From Planktothrix sp. GU0601_MAG3 (GTDB lineage Bacteria > Cyanobacteriota > Cyanobacteriia > Cyanobacteriales > Microcoleaceae), in contig CP136572.1 in assembly GCA_035193785.1 (NCBI GenBank), positions 2,900,578-2,964,577 on the forward strand: a DNA stretch of 64,000 bases, given 5' to 3'. The position numbers were made by a program, and so were the translations under genes. The notes below the pieces were generated by a model. The model was given only the letters and a program-made list of their open reading frames with translations, was not told the origin of the DNA and made no database searches. Below, piece by piece: positions 37,497 to 49,669 of the stretch. Each line of letters begins with the position of its first letter. The stretch's first letter is position 1.

Positions 37497-38571
37497 ATGA
37501 AAGCACTAATTCTTTCTGGTGGAAAAGGAACAAGATTACGCCCATTGACCTATACGGGTGCAAAACAATTAGTTCCCGTCGCCAATAAACCGATTTTATG
37601 GTATGGAATTGAAGGAATTGTAGCGGCTGGAATTACAGAAATTGGGATTATTATTAGTCCAGAAACCGGAGAAGAAGTTAAAAATTTAACGGGGAATGGC
37701 GATCGCTTTGGGGCAAAAATCACCTATATTTTACAAGATCAACCCGCCGGACTCGCCCATGCGGTAAAAGTAGCTCAACCATTTTTAGGAGATTCTCCCT
37801 TTATTATGTATTTGGGAGATAACTTAATTGAAAGTCAACTGAGTCATTTTTCTGAGCGGTTTAAACAGCAACAACTGGATGCTTTAATTTTACTCAGAAA
37901 CAGTTAGTAATCCTAGTGCTTTTGGGGTGGCTGTTGTTGATGATCAAGGCCGGGTATTAAAGTTAGTTGAAAAGCCCAAAGTTCCCCCCTCAAATTTAGC
38001 TTTAGTGGGGGTTTATTTTTTTGATAAAACGATCCATGAGGCGATCGCAAAAATTCAACCTTCTGCTAGGGGAGAACTAGAAATTACCGATGCTATTCAA
38101 CAACTGATTGATGATCGCAAAAATGTTGAAGCTTGTACCTTAGAAGGTTGGTGGTTAGATACGGGAAAAAAAGATGATTTACTCAGTGCCAATCAAATTA
38201 TTTTAGATTCCTGTATTACCTACGATGTAGCAGTGGAAATAGATGAAAAGAGTCAAATCTTAGGGCGGGTTAAAATTGGTAAAAACACCAAATTAGTCAA
38301 CTGTAGCGTGCGAGGGCCAGTAATTATTGGGGAAAATTGCCATTTAGAAAATTGCTTTGTTGGCCCCTATAGTAGTATCGACAATAAAGTCACTTTAATT
38401 GATGCAGAAATAGAACATAGTGTCATCTTAAGTGAAGCTAAAATTATTGGAATTAATCAACGAATTGTAGATACTGTTATTGGTCGTCGAGCCAGTTTAA
38501 GTACCGCACCTCAAAGACCTAAAGCCCTACGGTTTATGATTGGAGATGATAGTCAAGTTGAATTAGCGTGA
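37497..38571 (+). CDS. rfbA: Glucose-1-phosphate thymidylyltransferase, long form (frameshift at ~37898)
   Basis: [38 protein letters not shown]. Confidence 0.92.
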
Positions 38572-39449
38572 TTTACTGGATAACGGTTAATTATTACTCC
38601 ACCGAATTGATTGAAAGGTTAATTAATTCTCTCGTAGAGACGTGCCACGGCGCGTCTCCACAGGGGATCAATTATCAAATAATTATCATTAACAACTCTC
38701 CCGATGATCTCTCTATTCATCGGTTAAAATCTCCGTATACTCTAGTATTTGACGCACCCGAAAATATTGGCTTTGGTCGAGCGTGTAATATTGGGTTAAA
38801 TTGGGTTTATCAACAGGATTTTCAAGCCATTGTTTGGTTAATTAATCCTGATGCTTATTTATCTAAAAATGTGCTATCTCCAGCAATTGAATTGTTTAAA
38901 AATTGCCCAGAATTATCTATTTTAGGAACAGTTATTTATAACAACAAAGAAGAATTAGAATTTACAGGGGGACAATTTAACCCCAAAACAGGCATAATCA
39001 AAGTCTGCAATCAACTATCAGAAACCTTGCAAAATAAACCTTACCAGTTAACAGAATGGGTATCGGGATGCAGTCTATTAATTAATTTAAAAAACTTTAG
39101 AGAATGTCCTCGATTTGATCCTAACTATTTCCTCTATTATGAAGATTTTGATTTCTGTTTAAGGTATCGAAACCAAGGACATAAAATTGGGATTACTGCA
39201 CAAATTACGGTATTTCATCAAACTTCATCTATTACCCAGAAAAACCCTAAACTCAAAATTCAATATAGTATTTATAGTTACCTCCTCAGTCTTCATAAAC
39301 ATACTTCTAAAGCTGTTTTGCTCTACTGGTTATTTAGAATTAGTTTTATTGGTTTAATTACCATCTTAATTACACCTCAAAAATCTTGGTATAAACTCAA
39401 AGGAGTTGTAAACTTTATTGTTGATTATATCAAAAATAAGCTATTATAG
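38568..39449 (+). CDS. GT2 glycosyltransferase (rhamnosyltransferase-like)
   Basis: VNY, NIGFGRACN, LINPD, FLYYEDFD. Confidence 0.85.
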   Translation: MIYWITVNYYSTELIERLINSLVETCHGASPQGINYQIIIINNSPDDLSIHRLKSPYTLVFDAPENIGFGRACNIGLNWVYQQDFQAIVWLINPDAYLSKNVLSPAIELFKNCPELSILGTVIYNNKEELEFTGGQFNPKTGIIKVCNQLSETLQNKPYQLTEWVSGCSLLINLKNFRECPRFDPNYFLYYEDFDFCLRYRNQGHKIGITAQITVFHQTSSITQKNPKLKIQYSIYSYLLSLHKHTSKAVLLYWLFRISFIGLITILITPQKSWYKLKGVVNFIVDYIKNKLL

Positions 39450-39480
39450 ATTTAGTAATATTTTCAATTATAGATTTTTT

Positions 39481-40556
39481 ATGAGTAATTCACTCTTGAT
39501 TAATTTATCATTTTTAATTCCTGAACCTACAGGAATATCTATTTATGCTAGTCATATTTTACCCGCTTTAAAACCTCTGCAACCCACCTTATTAACCTCT
39601 CAAGAAAACCTCGATTATTCCTGTTATTCTGTTCCCAATAATATGACTCCAGACCAGGGAACAAAAGGACATCTCAGGCGGTTACTTTGGACACAATTTA
39701 AACTCCCTAAAATTTATCAGCAATTAAAGGGAAATTTGATATTTTCTCCGGTTCCAGAAACCCCTTTATATTCAGGATGTCGGTCAATTGTAATGGCCCA
39801 TGATTTAATTCCGTTAAGGTTTCCCAGGCGGGGTTTCTCGGTTAACAGCTTATTTTAAATATTATATTCCCTTGGTATTATCCCAAGCGGAACATATTGT
39901 CTGTAATTCTATCGCCACGGCTGAAGATTTAATCCAATTTTTTAACATTCCCGAACAGAAAATAACACCTATTCCCCTCGCCCACAACCCGCAACGATTT
40001 CAATTTTTAGACTTACCCACCAGCAATTATTTTCTCTATATTGGTCGTCATGATGCTCATAAAAATGTCTCTCGATTAATTAGTGCTTTTGCTGGGTTAA
40101 AAAAACCATCAGACTATGAATTATGGTTAGCTGGCCCAACGGATGAAACCTATACCCCGGAACTTAAAAGGCAAGTTCAAGAGTTAGAATTAACTCAACA
40201 AATCAAGTTTTTAAATTATGTTCCAACCGATGAATTAACTACAATAATTAATCAAGCCATTGCTGTTGTTTTTCCCAGTCTTTGGGAAGGCTTTGGTTTC
40301 CCGGTTTTAGAAGCAATGGCTTGCGGAAACCCCCGTTATTACCTCTAACCTATCTTCCTTACCCGAAGTAGGAGGAAAGGCGGCAATATATGTTAATCCT
40401 TATCAAGTAGAAGAAATAACCGAAGCCATGGAAACCCTAGCTAATAATACAGAAATGCGATCGCATTTAAGACAATTAGGATTAGTACAAGTTAAACAAT
40501 TTAGTTGGGAAAAAACCGGAAAAGAAACAGCAAAAATCATCCAAAATCACCTATAA
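39481..40556 (+). CDS. GT4 glycosyltransferase (frameshifts at ~39834 and ~40327)
   Basis: HDLIP, YIGRHDAHKN, EGFGFPVLEAMACGTPVITSN, FSWEKT. Confidence 0.88.
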
Positions 40557-40563
40557 ATCATCC

Positions 40564-40637
40564 CGTTGTTGCGCTTCAGCGCATCTTATTCGTTGTAGTA
40601 TAGCATCAGAAAAGAATGCGCTTGAAGCGCAACAACG
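40564..40637. repeat. REP-like inverted doublet
   Basis: CGTTGTTGCGCTTCAGCGCAT ... ATGCGCTTGAAGCGCAACAACG. Confidence 0.8.
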
Positions 40638-40719
40638 TTGGAACAACGGGATTTCCGCCTACTATTAACCGAAGGCAGAGCCTTGGTTTTCAGTTCCCAG
40701 GTAGAACCAGGGAAAAAGA

Positions 40720-41451
40720 TTATAAACTGTTGCTAGAAACAGGAATAGTAGGAATACCAGGGATATCAGGAATACTAGGGATATCAGGAATTACATTTGT
40801 AGTTGTTTCCCCAAAACTAGCCGCCGTCAAATTACCAACAGAAATATTATTAATTTGGGCTAATTGTTCTCCTGTACTTTGAACAATAATTAGAGTATTA
40901 GATGAGGAAGATTGCAACAGAATATCATTAAATGTCACACCATCAGGCAGTTTAATAATATCAATGCTATTTTCAAAATCAGTAATCACATCTAAACCGC
41001 CATCTGTAACTAAAACAAAGGTATCTTTTCCTGTTCCTCCGGTTAATGTATCGTTATCTTTGTCTCCTGAAAGAATATCATCCCCGGCATCTCCAAATAA
41101 TTGATCACTATTTCTTCCCCCATACAAACTATCGTTACCCTCTCCTCCTCTAACAATATCTTGATCTAAATCTCCTGCTAAGAAATCATTCCCGCTTCCT
41201 CCATCGAGAATATCGTCTTGTTTGCCACCTCTAAGGGTATCAATTCCTCCATTTCCAATTAAGGAATCTAAACCCGTATTTCCATTAACAAATTCACTAT
41301 TTTCTGAACCGATAACGGTATCATTACCATCGAGGGCTAATACACCACCTGGATAATTGTTGAGTTGTCCAGAAGATAGATTAATTGATTCTGCGGTATT
41401 ATCTCCGATTAAAAAAGATATACCGTTTTGAGTGCTAGGTTGTAGTGCCAT
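40720..41451 (-). CDS. Small RTX calcium-binding protein
   Basis: GGxGxD repeats, DVITDF, C-terminal (IPx)n tail. Confidence 0.85.
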   Translation of the reverse strand: MALQPSTQNGISFLIGDNTAESINLSSGQLNNYPGGVLALDGNDTVIGSENSEFVNGNTGLDSLIGNGGIDTLRGGKQDDILDGGSGNDFLAGDLDQDIVRGGEGNDSLYGGRNSDQLFGDAGDDILSGDKDNDTLTGGTGKDTFVLVTDGGLDVITDFENSIDIIKLPDGVTFNDILLQSSSSNTLIIVQSTGEQLAQINNISVGNLTAASFGETTTNVIPDIPSIPDIPGIPTIPVSSNSL

Positions 41452-41503
41452 AGTGTTTAATGCTTCAATCTAAATGTAGGTTTTTGTTAATTTCGATATT
41501 CTT

Positions 41504-42977
41504 TTATGCAGGCGTTCCAAAATTTTGTGTCCAATAGTGATTCCAATTCACATTGCCTGTATCATCAGCTAAATAGTAATAGCCAACACCAATTTCTGTT
41601 AAATTCGGATCAAGAATATTATCACGATGTAGTGGACTATTCATCCAACCTTCCACTGCGGCTTCTGGCGTAGCAGGACTAGCATAAATATTTTCTGCTG
41701 CCCAGGAGTAATTATATCCTGTAGCTTTAATTCGATCCCAAGGAGTAGTTTCCATCCACTCCATTATGTGTATAAAAGTCTTGCAGTGCCATATTTTGAC
41801 TATGAGTTTCTGCTGCTGCTTCTAATTGATAATTATAGGTTAGAGGCAATAACCCAGCGTTAAGACGTTCTTGATTGGTCAGTTCAAAGACACGCTGTTC
41901 AAATGAGTTTATCCCATTAGTGTTGCCTCCACCATTATTATTTGTTCCACCATTATTGTTGGTAGTCCAAGAAATATTAAAACTGGCAGTATCTTGTTTT
42001 TCTGCATATCCAGCATAGACCCAATATTCACCACTAATTGTTGGAGTAAAGGTGTATTGTTTACCATTGTTAGCATCATTTAACCAGTCCCAATCTTGAC
42101 CACTGATGTTAACCCATTGACTAGATTGACTAGCGTTAACTGGGATAACACCTACTCGATAAAAATCATCTGCTGTGACTGAGAAATTGTAGGTATTACC
42201 TGCCTCAAAATTTGTTATAGTGTATAAATTAACTCCAAAGTAATCCGAACCTACATTACTGGGTGATCCATTACCCCAATTTCGAGAAATACTATTTCTT
42301 GTAGTAACAGAACTTTGATCATTTCGAGTAAATTGATACCATCCTTTACTTTCTTTTTCTCCTGTTGTTGTCCAATCAAAAATTTCACCCCCCCAGTTTT
42401 GAGAATAATAATCATAAGATTCATCATTAAACTCAACTGAAAGGATGTTTCCATTTATAGTGATAGTGGCGTGATCATTCTGAGTCTTTAACGCTTGAAT
42501 TTGTTCAGGACTTAATACTTTACCTTGAACAATATTGGCAAAAATTTCGCCTTCATCCCCAATAGAATCACTAGAATTAAGTCGAGGATCAATAGAATGT
42601 CCAATTTCTTCCAAGACTACGCTCACAGCCTGATTAACGTTGCTACCCGTCAAAACATCTTCAGCCAGGTAAATTTGATTTGTGGCATCGGCAAACGCGC
42701 CAGAAGACCCCTTAATATCGGCTGAAGCGACAATTTTAATCGGGGCAAGGGTGCTAAAATTTCCTGTAAGCCATTCTGTGGCTAAGGTTTGTGCCTTCTG
42801 GATATCCCAAGTATCGCCAAAAGGTAGCTTCAGTTGCTCAACGAAAGTGGGATCACTAGCAAACAGTTGCAGTTGCTGATAAACTTTGGGCATCACCTGT
42901 TCTGCTAGGAAAGTGTTAGTCTCCGCTAAAGAGGTGATAGCGTTGGCTGATTGCGGGTTAGGATTAAATTCAAACAT
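41504..42977 (-). CDS. CAP/SCP-domain protein with N-terminal EEIGH domain (frameshift at ~41749)
   Basis: VFELTNQER, AETHSQNM, AENI, WMNSPLHRDNIL, YWTQNFG. Confidence 0.82.
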
Positions 42978-43299
42978 AGTAGATTCTCTGGTTTAAGTAA
43001 AAACTAATCAAACTTTCAGTCTTGAAATGTTCTATCTATGCTATTGATGGCTAGTAGCGACTTTTACGCCAAACCTCAGTATGGGTTACAAAAATTTGGG
43101 TTTCTGATTGGATCAACTCATATTTTTTCAGGCTAAAGACTGCCTATTCATAGGGAATTGGCTTTTATTTTTAGGGTTTTTTCGACAATCTATGTTTTAG
43201 CGGTTTAGTCTTAGAATATATCAGTCTAAACTATTACACAACTAATCAAAGTTAGTATTTTAGGCTATACTTACGTTAGTCAAATCAGCTAAATCTACT

Positions 43300-43797
43300 A
43301 TGAATACTAAAAATGAGATGTTTACTGACGCTAGTAACTTATGGAATTTACAAAAACTGTATCAAGACCTGGAAGCAGTAAAACGGCTATTGTCCCCTCG
43401 TTCTCGACAGGGGTTAACTGAAACGGAAAAGCTTTATCTGAGGGGACTATTGTGTGGTTATAGTCCGGCGGAAATTGCCAAAAAACTATTTCAAAGTCCT
43501 AAAAGTGTGGAAGTTTACCTCTGTAAAACGTTATATCCTTATTTAAAAAATCTTTTAGATGTTCCCTCAGAAGTAGGAAATTGGCGTAATATTTGCAATT
43601 GGTTAAACGATGCAGGTTATAAAAATTTGTCTTCTGGAGAAAACTTATTCAATAATTCATTACCTCCAGAAGCTCTAGTTAAAATAATAGGTATTAATTT
43701 ACATAAAGAAAATACTATTTCAATTGATATTAACCTTCAACTCCATTTCCCATCAGCTTTAAACTATGATGAATCTAAAAATAATATTGATGAATAA
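43300..43797 (+). CDS. HTH-domain putative transcriptional regulator
   Basis: LTETEKLYLRGLLCGYSPAEIAKKL. Confidence 0.65.
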   Translation: MNTKNEMFTDASNLWNLQKLYQDLEAVKRLLSPRSRQGLTETEKLYLRGLLCGYSPAEIAKKLFQSPKSVEVYLCKTLYPYLKNLLDVPSEVGNWRNICNWLNDAGYKNLSSGENLFNNSLPPEALVKIIGINLHKENTISIDINLQLHFPSALNYDESKNNIDE

Positions 43798-43834
43798 TAA
43801 GCGGTTAATGAGAAGGTTATAAACTACTGGGGAT

Positions 43835-43856
43835 TAAGCCCTAAAGGGCTTACTAC
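43835..43856 (-). repeat. GTAG-type REP-like palindrome
   Basis: Minus strand reads GTAGTAAGCCCTTTAGGGCTTA. Confidence 0.65.
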
Positions 43857-43871
43857 GTTTAAAGAGAGGGA

Positions 43872-45567
43872 TTACCAATCAATCCCTTTAGCAATGGGCA
43901 TTCTCCATCCTGTTCCAAAAGCGCGATCGCTAATTTTTAATCCCGGGGCGGCTTGACGACGTTTAAATTCAGCAATCATCACTAATCTAATTACTTTTTT
44001 TACCACCGATTCTTCCTGTCCCGCTTCCACAATTTCAGCTAAGGATTGATGTTTTTCAATTAAACGATATAAAATATCATCTAAAATTTCATAAGCAGGT
44101 AAAGAATCCTGATCGACTTGTCCCGGTTTGAGTTCTGCACTGGGCGGTTTTGTTAATATATGATCGGGAATTATTTCTTTCCCATGATATTGATTAAACC
44201 AAGAACACAGGGAATAAACTCGGGTTTTAGGCACATCGGCAATTACCGCTAATCCCCCATTCATATCCCCATATAAGGTACAATATCCCACCGCCATTTC
44301 CGATTTATTTCCCGTAGTTAATAATAGATGTCCGAATTTATTAGAAACCGCCATTAATAATGTACCTCGGATGCGAGATTGTAGGTTTTCTTCTGCTAAC
44401 CCAAAGGAGGTTCCTGCAAATATCGGATCTAGGGTTTGATCAAAGGTTTTCATCAAATCCCCAATGGGTAAGGTTTGGGTTTTTATTCCTAAATTATTCG
44501 CTAATTCTAAGGCATCTTGAATCGAATGATCGGAAACTATAGGGAGAGGGCATTAACAGCCCTAAAACCTTTTCTTTACCTAATGCTTCCGTTGCGATCG
44601 CAGCCACTAAAGCCGAATCAATTCCCCCACTTAAACCTAAAATAACTTGAGAAAATCCACACTTCTGCACATAATCTTTCACCCCCAAAACTAAAGCCAA
44701 CCAAATTTCTTGATCTTCACTTTCAATTAATTTTCTGGTATAATTAGAGTCACAATGGGAAATTAAATCCTGTGTATTTGGATCAAATTCTATAATTTTA
44801 AAATCAGTCTCAAAGGGTTTTAAACTCAAAACTTGATCCCCATTTTTATTCAAAGCAAAACTACAGCCATCAAAAATCAAATCATCATTTCCCCCCACTT
44901 GATTCCCATATAAAATCGGAATATTATACCGTTTTGCACTATAACTAATCAGAGATTTTCTGAACTTCTGTTTCCCCACTTGATAGGGAGAAGCCGATAA
45001 ATTAACGACTAAATCTATATTTTTTTCTACTAATTCCGCTAAAGGATTACAAGGATAATTCCGTTTCCCCCAGAAGGATTCATCATTCCATAAATCCTCA
45101 CAAATTGTTACCCCAATTTTAATCCTATCTCCAGAATTTTCTAAAATAAAAAAGCCACTTTCTAACCCTGGTTCAAAATATCGATCTTCATCAAACACAT
45201 CATAGGTTGGTAATAATCGCTTCTGAAAATACTGTTTAATTTCACCCTGTTCTAATAAAGCTGCACTATTATAAATAGGGTTTCCCCCATTTTTTTCATA
45301 GTCTAAATTCTGTTCAACTGTCCCGACTAATACCGCAATTGCTGGCGGTAAATCTATTGCTAATTGTCGTAATTTTTCCGTTGTGGCTTGAATAAAACTA
45401 GGACGAATTAATAAATCTCTTGGGGGATATCCCGTTAGGGATAATTCCGTTGTTAATAACAGATTACATCCCGCCTGAACCGCTTTTTCTGCGGCTTCTA
45501 ATATCCGTTGAGCATTTCCGGTTAAATCTCCAACGGTGGGGTTAAGTTGAGCGATCGCAATTTTCAT
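43872..45567 (-). CDS. nadE: Glutamine-dependent NAD+ synthetase (frameshift at ~44534)
   Basis: Nitrilase domain (ICEDLW), GLSGGIDS, ENLQSRIRG, TGNKSE, PPSAEL. Confidence 0.95.
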
Positions 45568-45694
45568 AGTCAAACTTGAGTATGATATTAATTAAGATGA
45601 CTTTATTATTGCCAACCCACCCTTAAAAATTAGCGAGCAAGGACGCGCACAAGTGCACAATGCTCCTAACTATTGTATTTAAAACCTCTAAATT

Positions 45695-46459
45695 TTATAA
45701 ATATTCTTCTTGGATAGAATTCGGTAACTTTTGTAAATCGGGGATTTCCACCAGTTCCTTCTCCTGTTCCTTAACACTAATCGGCACTCTCAAAGGTTGA
45801 CGCTGTTCTAACCAACAACTGGCTAAAGGTAAGGTTTGATCCAAATCTTCCAAAGGTCGAGGAATAACCATTACAGCGTTTAACTCCCCAATCCGTTCAG
45901 CTTCAAACATTCCCGCCTCTATCGCCATCGCCACATCGGACACCGGGCCCCGAATAATCACGGTACACAACCCCGCCCCAATCCGTTCATAGGACATCAG
46001 GCTCACATCCGCTGCCTTCAACATGGCATCCGCTGCCCCCACCATCGCCGGAAATCCCCTAGTTTCAAGTAACCCCACCGCCTGATTACTTAAACGATGA
46101 CCTGCCCCATTGGTTATATTAGATAACCGCGAACTAATCGGAAGCACCAGTTCTAAATTGGGAAAGGGTCGAGGAATTACTAAGCTAGAAATAAATTGAC
46201 CAAACTGTTTAGCCGTTTGCTCCCCGGTTTCCACCGCCAAACGCACCTCAGAAATTTTCCCCCGCACAATTGCTGTGCAATGTCCCCCCCCAATTTTTTC
46301 ATAGCCCACTAAATGAACCCCGGCGGACTTCAACATCATATCCGCCGTTCCTACAATCGCCGGGAAGCTCTGGGTAGAAACTAAACCGAGAGCCATATCC
46401 CTAAAATCGGTCTGGTTTGACCGTTCAGAAGAACCGGAATTTCGTCTGTTTGCGTCCAT
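45695..46459 (-). CDS. ccmO: Carboxysome tandem BMC shell protein CcmO
   Basis: Two BMC domains; last gene of the ccmKKLMN run. Confidence 0.9.
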   Translation of the reverse strand: MDANRRNSGSSERSNQTDFRDMALGLVSTQSFPAIVGTADMMLKSAGVHLVGYEKIGGGHCTAIVRGKISEVRLAVETGEQTAKQFGQFISSLVIPRPFPNLELVLPISSRLSNITNGAGHRLSNQAVGLLETRGFPAMVGAADAMLKAADVSLMSYERIGAGLCTVIIRGPVSDVAMAIEAGMFEAERIGELNAVMVIPRPLEDLDQTLPLASCWLEQRQPLRVPISVKEQEKELVEIPDLQKLPNSIQEEYL

Positions 46460-46485
46460 TTTTAATGATTCCGATAGATCGGTTA

Positions 46486-46699
46486 TGGGGTAATAGGTAA
46501 TAGGTAATAGGTAATGGGTAATGGGTAATGGGTAATAGGTAATGGGTAATAGGTAATGGGTAATAGGTAATAGGTAATGGAAAGAGTTTACCTCCCCTGC
46601 TCCCCCTGCTCCCCCTGCTCCCCCTGCTCCCCCTGCTCCCCTGCTCCCCTGCTCCCCTGCTCCCCCTGCTCCCCCTGCTCCCCCTGCCTCCCCTACTCC
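46486..46699 (-). repeat. Composite G-rich/heptamer STRR element between ccmN and ccmO
   Basis: Reverse complement of the 6545-6866 architecture, including the junction GCAGGGGAGGTAAACTCTTTC. Confidence 0.92.
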
Positions 46700-47419
46700 T
46701 CAACTCTGGTAGTTATTGAAGGCTTTGCGATGGGGAAGCAAGGTATCCAATAACCGACTCAGATTTTCTTTCCCATAAATTACCGGAGGAATGGGCCCAG
46801 ATGACAGTTCCGAGGATGTTGGGGACTGGGGAACCAGAGCCGTTTCCTCCGATTTTTCTGGGTTAGAGGGGATGACCGATTCAGCTTCAGCCGGAATGGA
46901 TAAAACATCCGACGGTTGAGCGGGTATTTCCTCCAATGCCGGGGTATTCTCCGGTTCAGGGACAAAGGAGACCAACTTCAAAAGCGGATCGGCATCTTCA
47001 CCCCAGGGAGACATAATCGGGGGTTCGGGAGTCGGTTCCGGTGGCATAGAGACCGATTTAGGTTCCAATACACGGGATCGATCCCCAATCAACGATCTGG
47101 CAGCTACGACCTGTTGAGGTGCAATAGAACTTTCCCAGATCGTTGTTTCTGAACCAATACAGGCATTTTCCCCAATGGTTCCCGCCCCCAGGATTAATAC
47201 TCCTGACCCCAGGACTACACCTGTCTCTATCTCTAGGATACCTTGGTAAACCTGAATAATCACCCCCCGGCCGACACAAACCCCCGCAGCAATCCTAAGC
47301 TGACCATCGGCTGCCGCTTGTAGGATCACCCCGGGTGCTAGGGTAGCCCCGGGATCAATTGTGACATCGCCACTCACATAAACATCTGGGTTTAGGAGTT
47401 GCGGTGGCGATATGTTCAT
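46700..47419 (-). CDS. ccmN: Carboxysome protein CcmN
   Basis: Hexapeptide repeats, Pro-rich linker, C-terminal [18 protein letters not shown] encapsulation peptide. Confidence 0.9.
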   Translation of the reverse strand: MNISPPQLLNPDVYVSGDVTIDPGATLAPGVILQAAADGQLRIAAGVCVGRGVIIQVYQGILEIETGVVLGSGVLILGAGTIGENACIGSETTIWESSIAPQQVVAARSLIGDRSRVLEPKSVSMPPEPTPEPPIMSPWGEDADPLLKLVSFVPEPENTPALEEIPAQPSDVLSIPAEAESVIPSNPEKSEETALVPQSPTSSELSSGPIPPVIYGKENLSRLLDTLLPHRKAFNNYQS

Positions 47420-47476
47420 CTTTACTCGAACCTCTAGCGTTGCGTTTTAATTCTCAATCCCCTTGATAGAGGAATG

Positions 47477-49418
47477 TTAGGGACGTTGGATAATTTCCTC
47501 CAGTACCCGACGCTTGGCTTTAGAGTCAATCCCGATTAACCGCACATATTGTCCACGATGTTCGTTCAAGCAACCGTCTAAAGCTGCCATCACTTCGGAG
47601 ATATTGTTAGATTGAATCGGAGCACAACTGTTCCAAGATCCGGTACGGAAACGGCGAGCATCCGCGTGTTCTGTGCCAACTTTGTAGCCTTTGGCTAACA
47701 GACCGCGAACTTGATCCGCAACGCTATTATCCAGTTTGCCACTGCTGACGGTTGCGACACTAGGACGACTGGTGGGAGCCGGAGCCGAAGCCGTTGGCGC
47801 CACTTTGCCATCGGGACGCTGAATAATTTCTTCTAGGACACGGCGTTTGTTTTTGGGGTCAATTCCAATTAAACGCACATATTCCCCTTGATGCTCACTG
47901 GCGATCGCATCTAATTTAGAAATAATGTCTGCCACCCCTGAGCCGGAGAGACTGGGCCCACTGCGCCAAGATCCGGTACGGAAGCGACGAACATCGGCAT
48001 ATTCCGTCCCAATTTTGTAACCTTTGGCCAACAGATCGCCAATTTGTCCCCCGAGACCGGAACTAGCAACACTAGCCGAACCTGAAGGAGCAGCAACGGA
48101 AGTGCTGACCTGAGCCGTGCCAGGTTTTGCAGCCACTTTGCCATCGGGACGCTGAATAATTTCTTCTAGGACACGGCGTTTGTTTTTGGGGTCAATTCCA
48201 ATTAAACGCACATATTCCCCCTGATGCTCACTGGCGATCGCATCTAATTTAGAAAGAATGTCTGCTACCCCTGAGCCGGAGATACTGGGGCCACTGCGCC
48301 AAGATCCGGTACGGAAGCGACGAACATCGGCATATTCCGTCCCAATTTTGTAGCCTTTGGCTAACAGATCGCCAATTTGTCCCCCGAGACCGGAACTAGC
48401 AACACTAGCCGAACCTGAAGGAGCCGCCACGGGAGCACTGCCCTTTCCATTACTGGATTTGGGGACTACGCCGCCGTCGGGACGTTGAATAATTTCTTCT
48501 AGGACACGACGTTTGGCCTTAGCATCAATGCCCAACAGACGGACATATTCGCCGCCATGATCTCTGAGGCAAGCTTCTAAGGCTGCCACCACTTCCCCGG
48601 TGGTTTTGGCATTGATCGGAGCACCACTACGCCAAGATCCAGTGCGGAAACGACGGGTATCGGCGTGTTTCTGTGCCAATTTTGTAACCATTGGCTAACA
48701 GATCCCCAATTTGCCGTACAATTTCGGCGGCTAAATTGGAACTTCCGGTATAGGAATAGGAGCGATCGCGACCAATCCCATTACTGACTCCCCCGGATTC
48801 ATTGCGAATCGGGTTAATACAAGAGGAGTTTTCAGAACACTGATAACCCGCTTTCAGGGATTGGTTAACCCCGATGACGTGGGTAGCAAAGCTCAGATCC
48901 GCATCCGTAACGTTTGGTAAGCGATCAGCCTGTTGTTGATTGGTAATAATCGAACCGGAGGGAACATATTTTCCCGGGGGAATTTCCACGTCTTCGATTA
49001 AAACGTGCATCATCACAATGCAACCATTTCCCACTCTGGAATTGAATACCGTAGAGCGGAATCCGATAAAACAATTATCTCCCACATAGGCTGGGCCATG
49101 AATTAGGGCCATGTGGGTGATGGAGGAATTTTTACCTACCCAGACGGAGTAGGATTGACCATCATCCCCTTTAACGCGACCTTCTTCTAAGCCGTGAATC
49201 ACTACCCCATCTTGGATATTGCTATTTTCCCCGATGGCAAAGGGTGCTCCCTCATCGGCTCTAATGGAAGTACCCGGGGCTACTAATACATGAGCACCAA
49301 TCCGAACGTCACCAATAATATTAGAAAAAGAATGTACATAAGCCGTTGGGTCGATTTTCGGCTCTGCCAAGTTCTTCGACCAAGGGGTTGGAGGTGCCGC
49401 TAGGCCACGAACTGCCAT
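47477..49418 (-). CDS. ccmM: CcmM: gamma-carbonic anhydrase plus four RbcS-like domains (frameshift at ~48668)
   Basis: [21 protein letters not shown], four [11 protein letters not shown]...YVRLxGID units. Confidence 0.95.
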
Positions 49419-49669
49419 ATTTTAATTTCTCCTAACCGAATAGTTGTTTGTTGTTTGTTTTTAGTTGTTCGTTATCGCAGGGATCAAAATGGGTAATTCA
49501 GAAGTTAGTCAAACTAAAAATTAAAAAGTTCTGAAGTTTTTGATTTTCGGTGCGGAATTTCAACTTTTTTTCAAAATTTGATTTATCCTATAACTAACAC
49601 CTTCTTCCACTTCTTTTTCTCAAAAATTTAAAGCCTTTAGCTTCTCAACAATTCCCACCTTTTTTCCTG

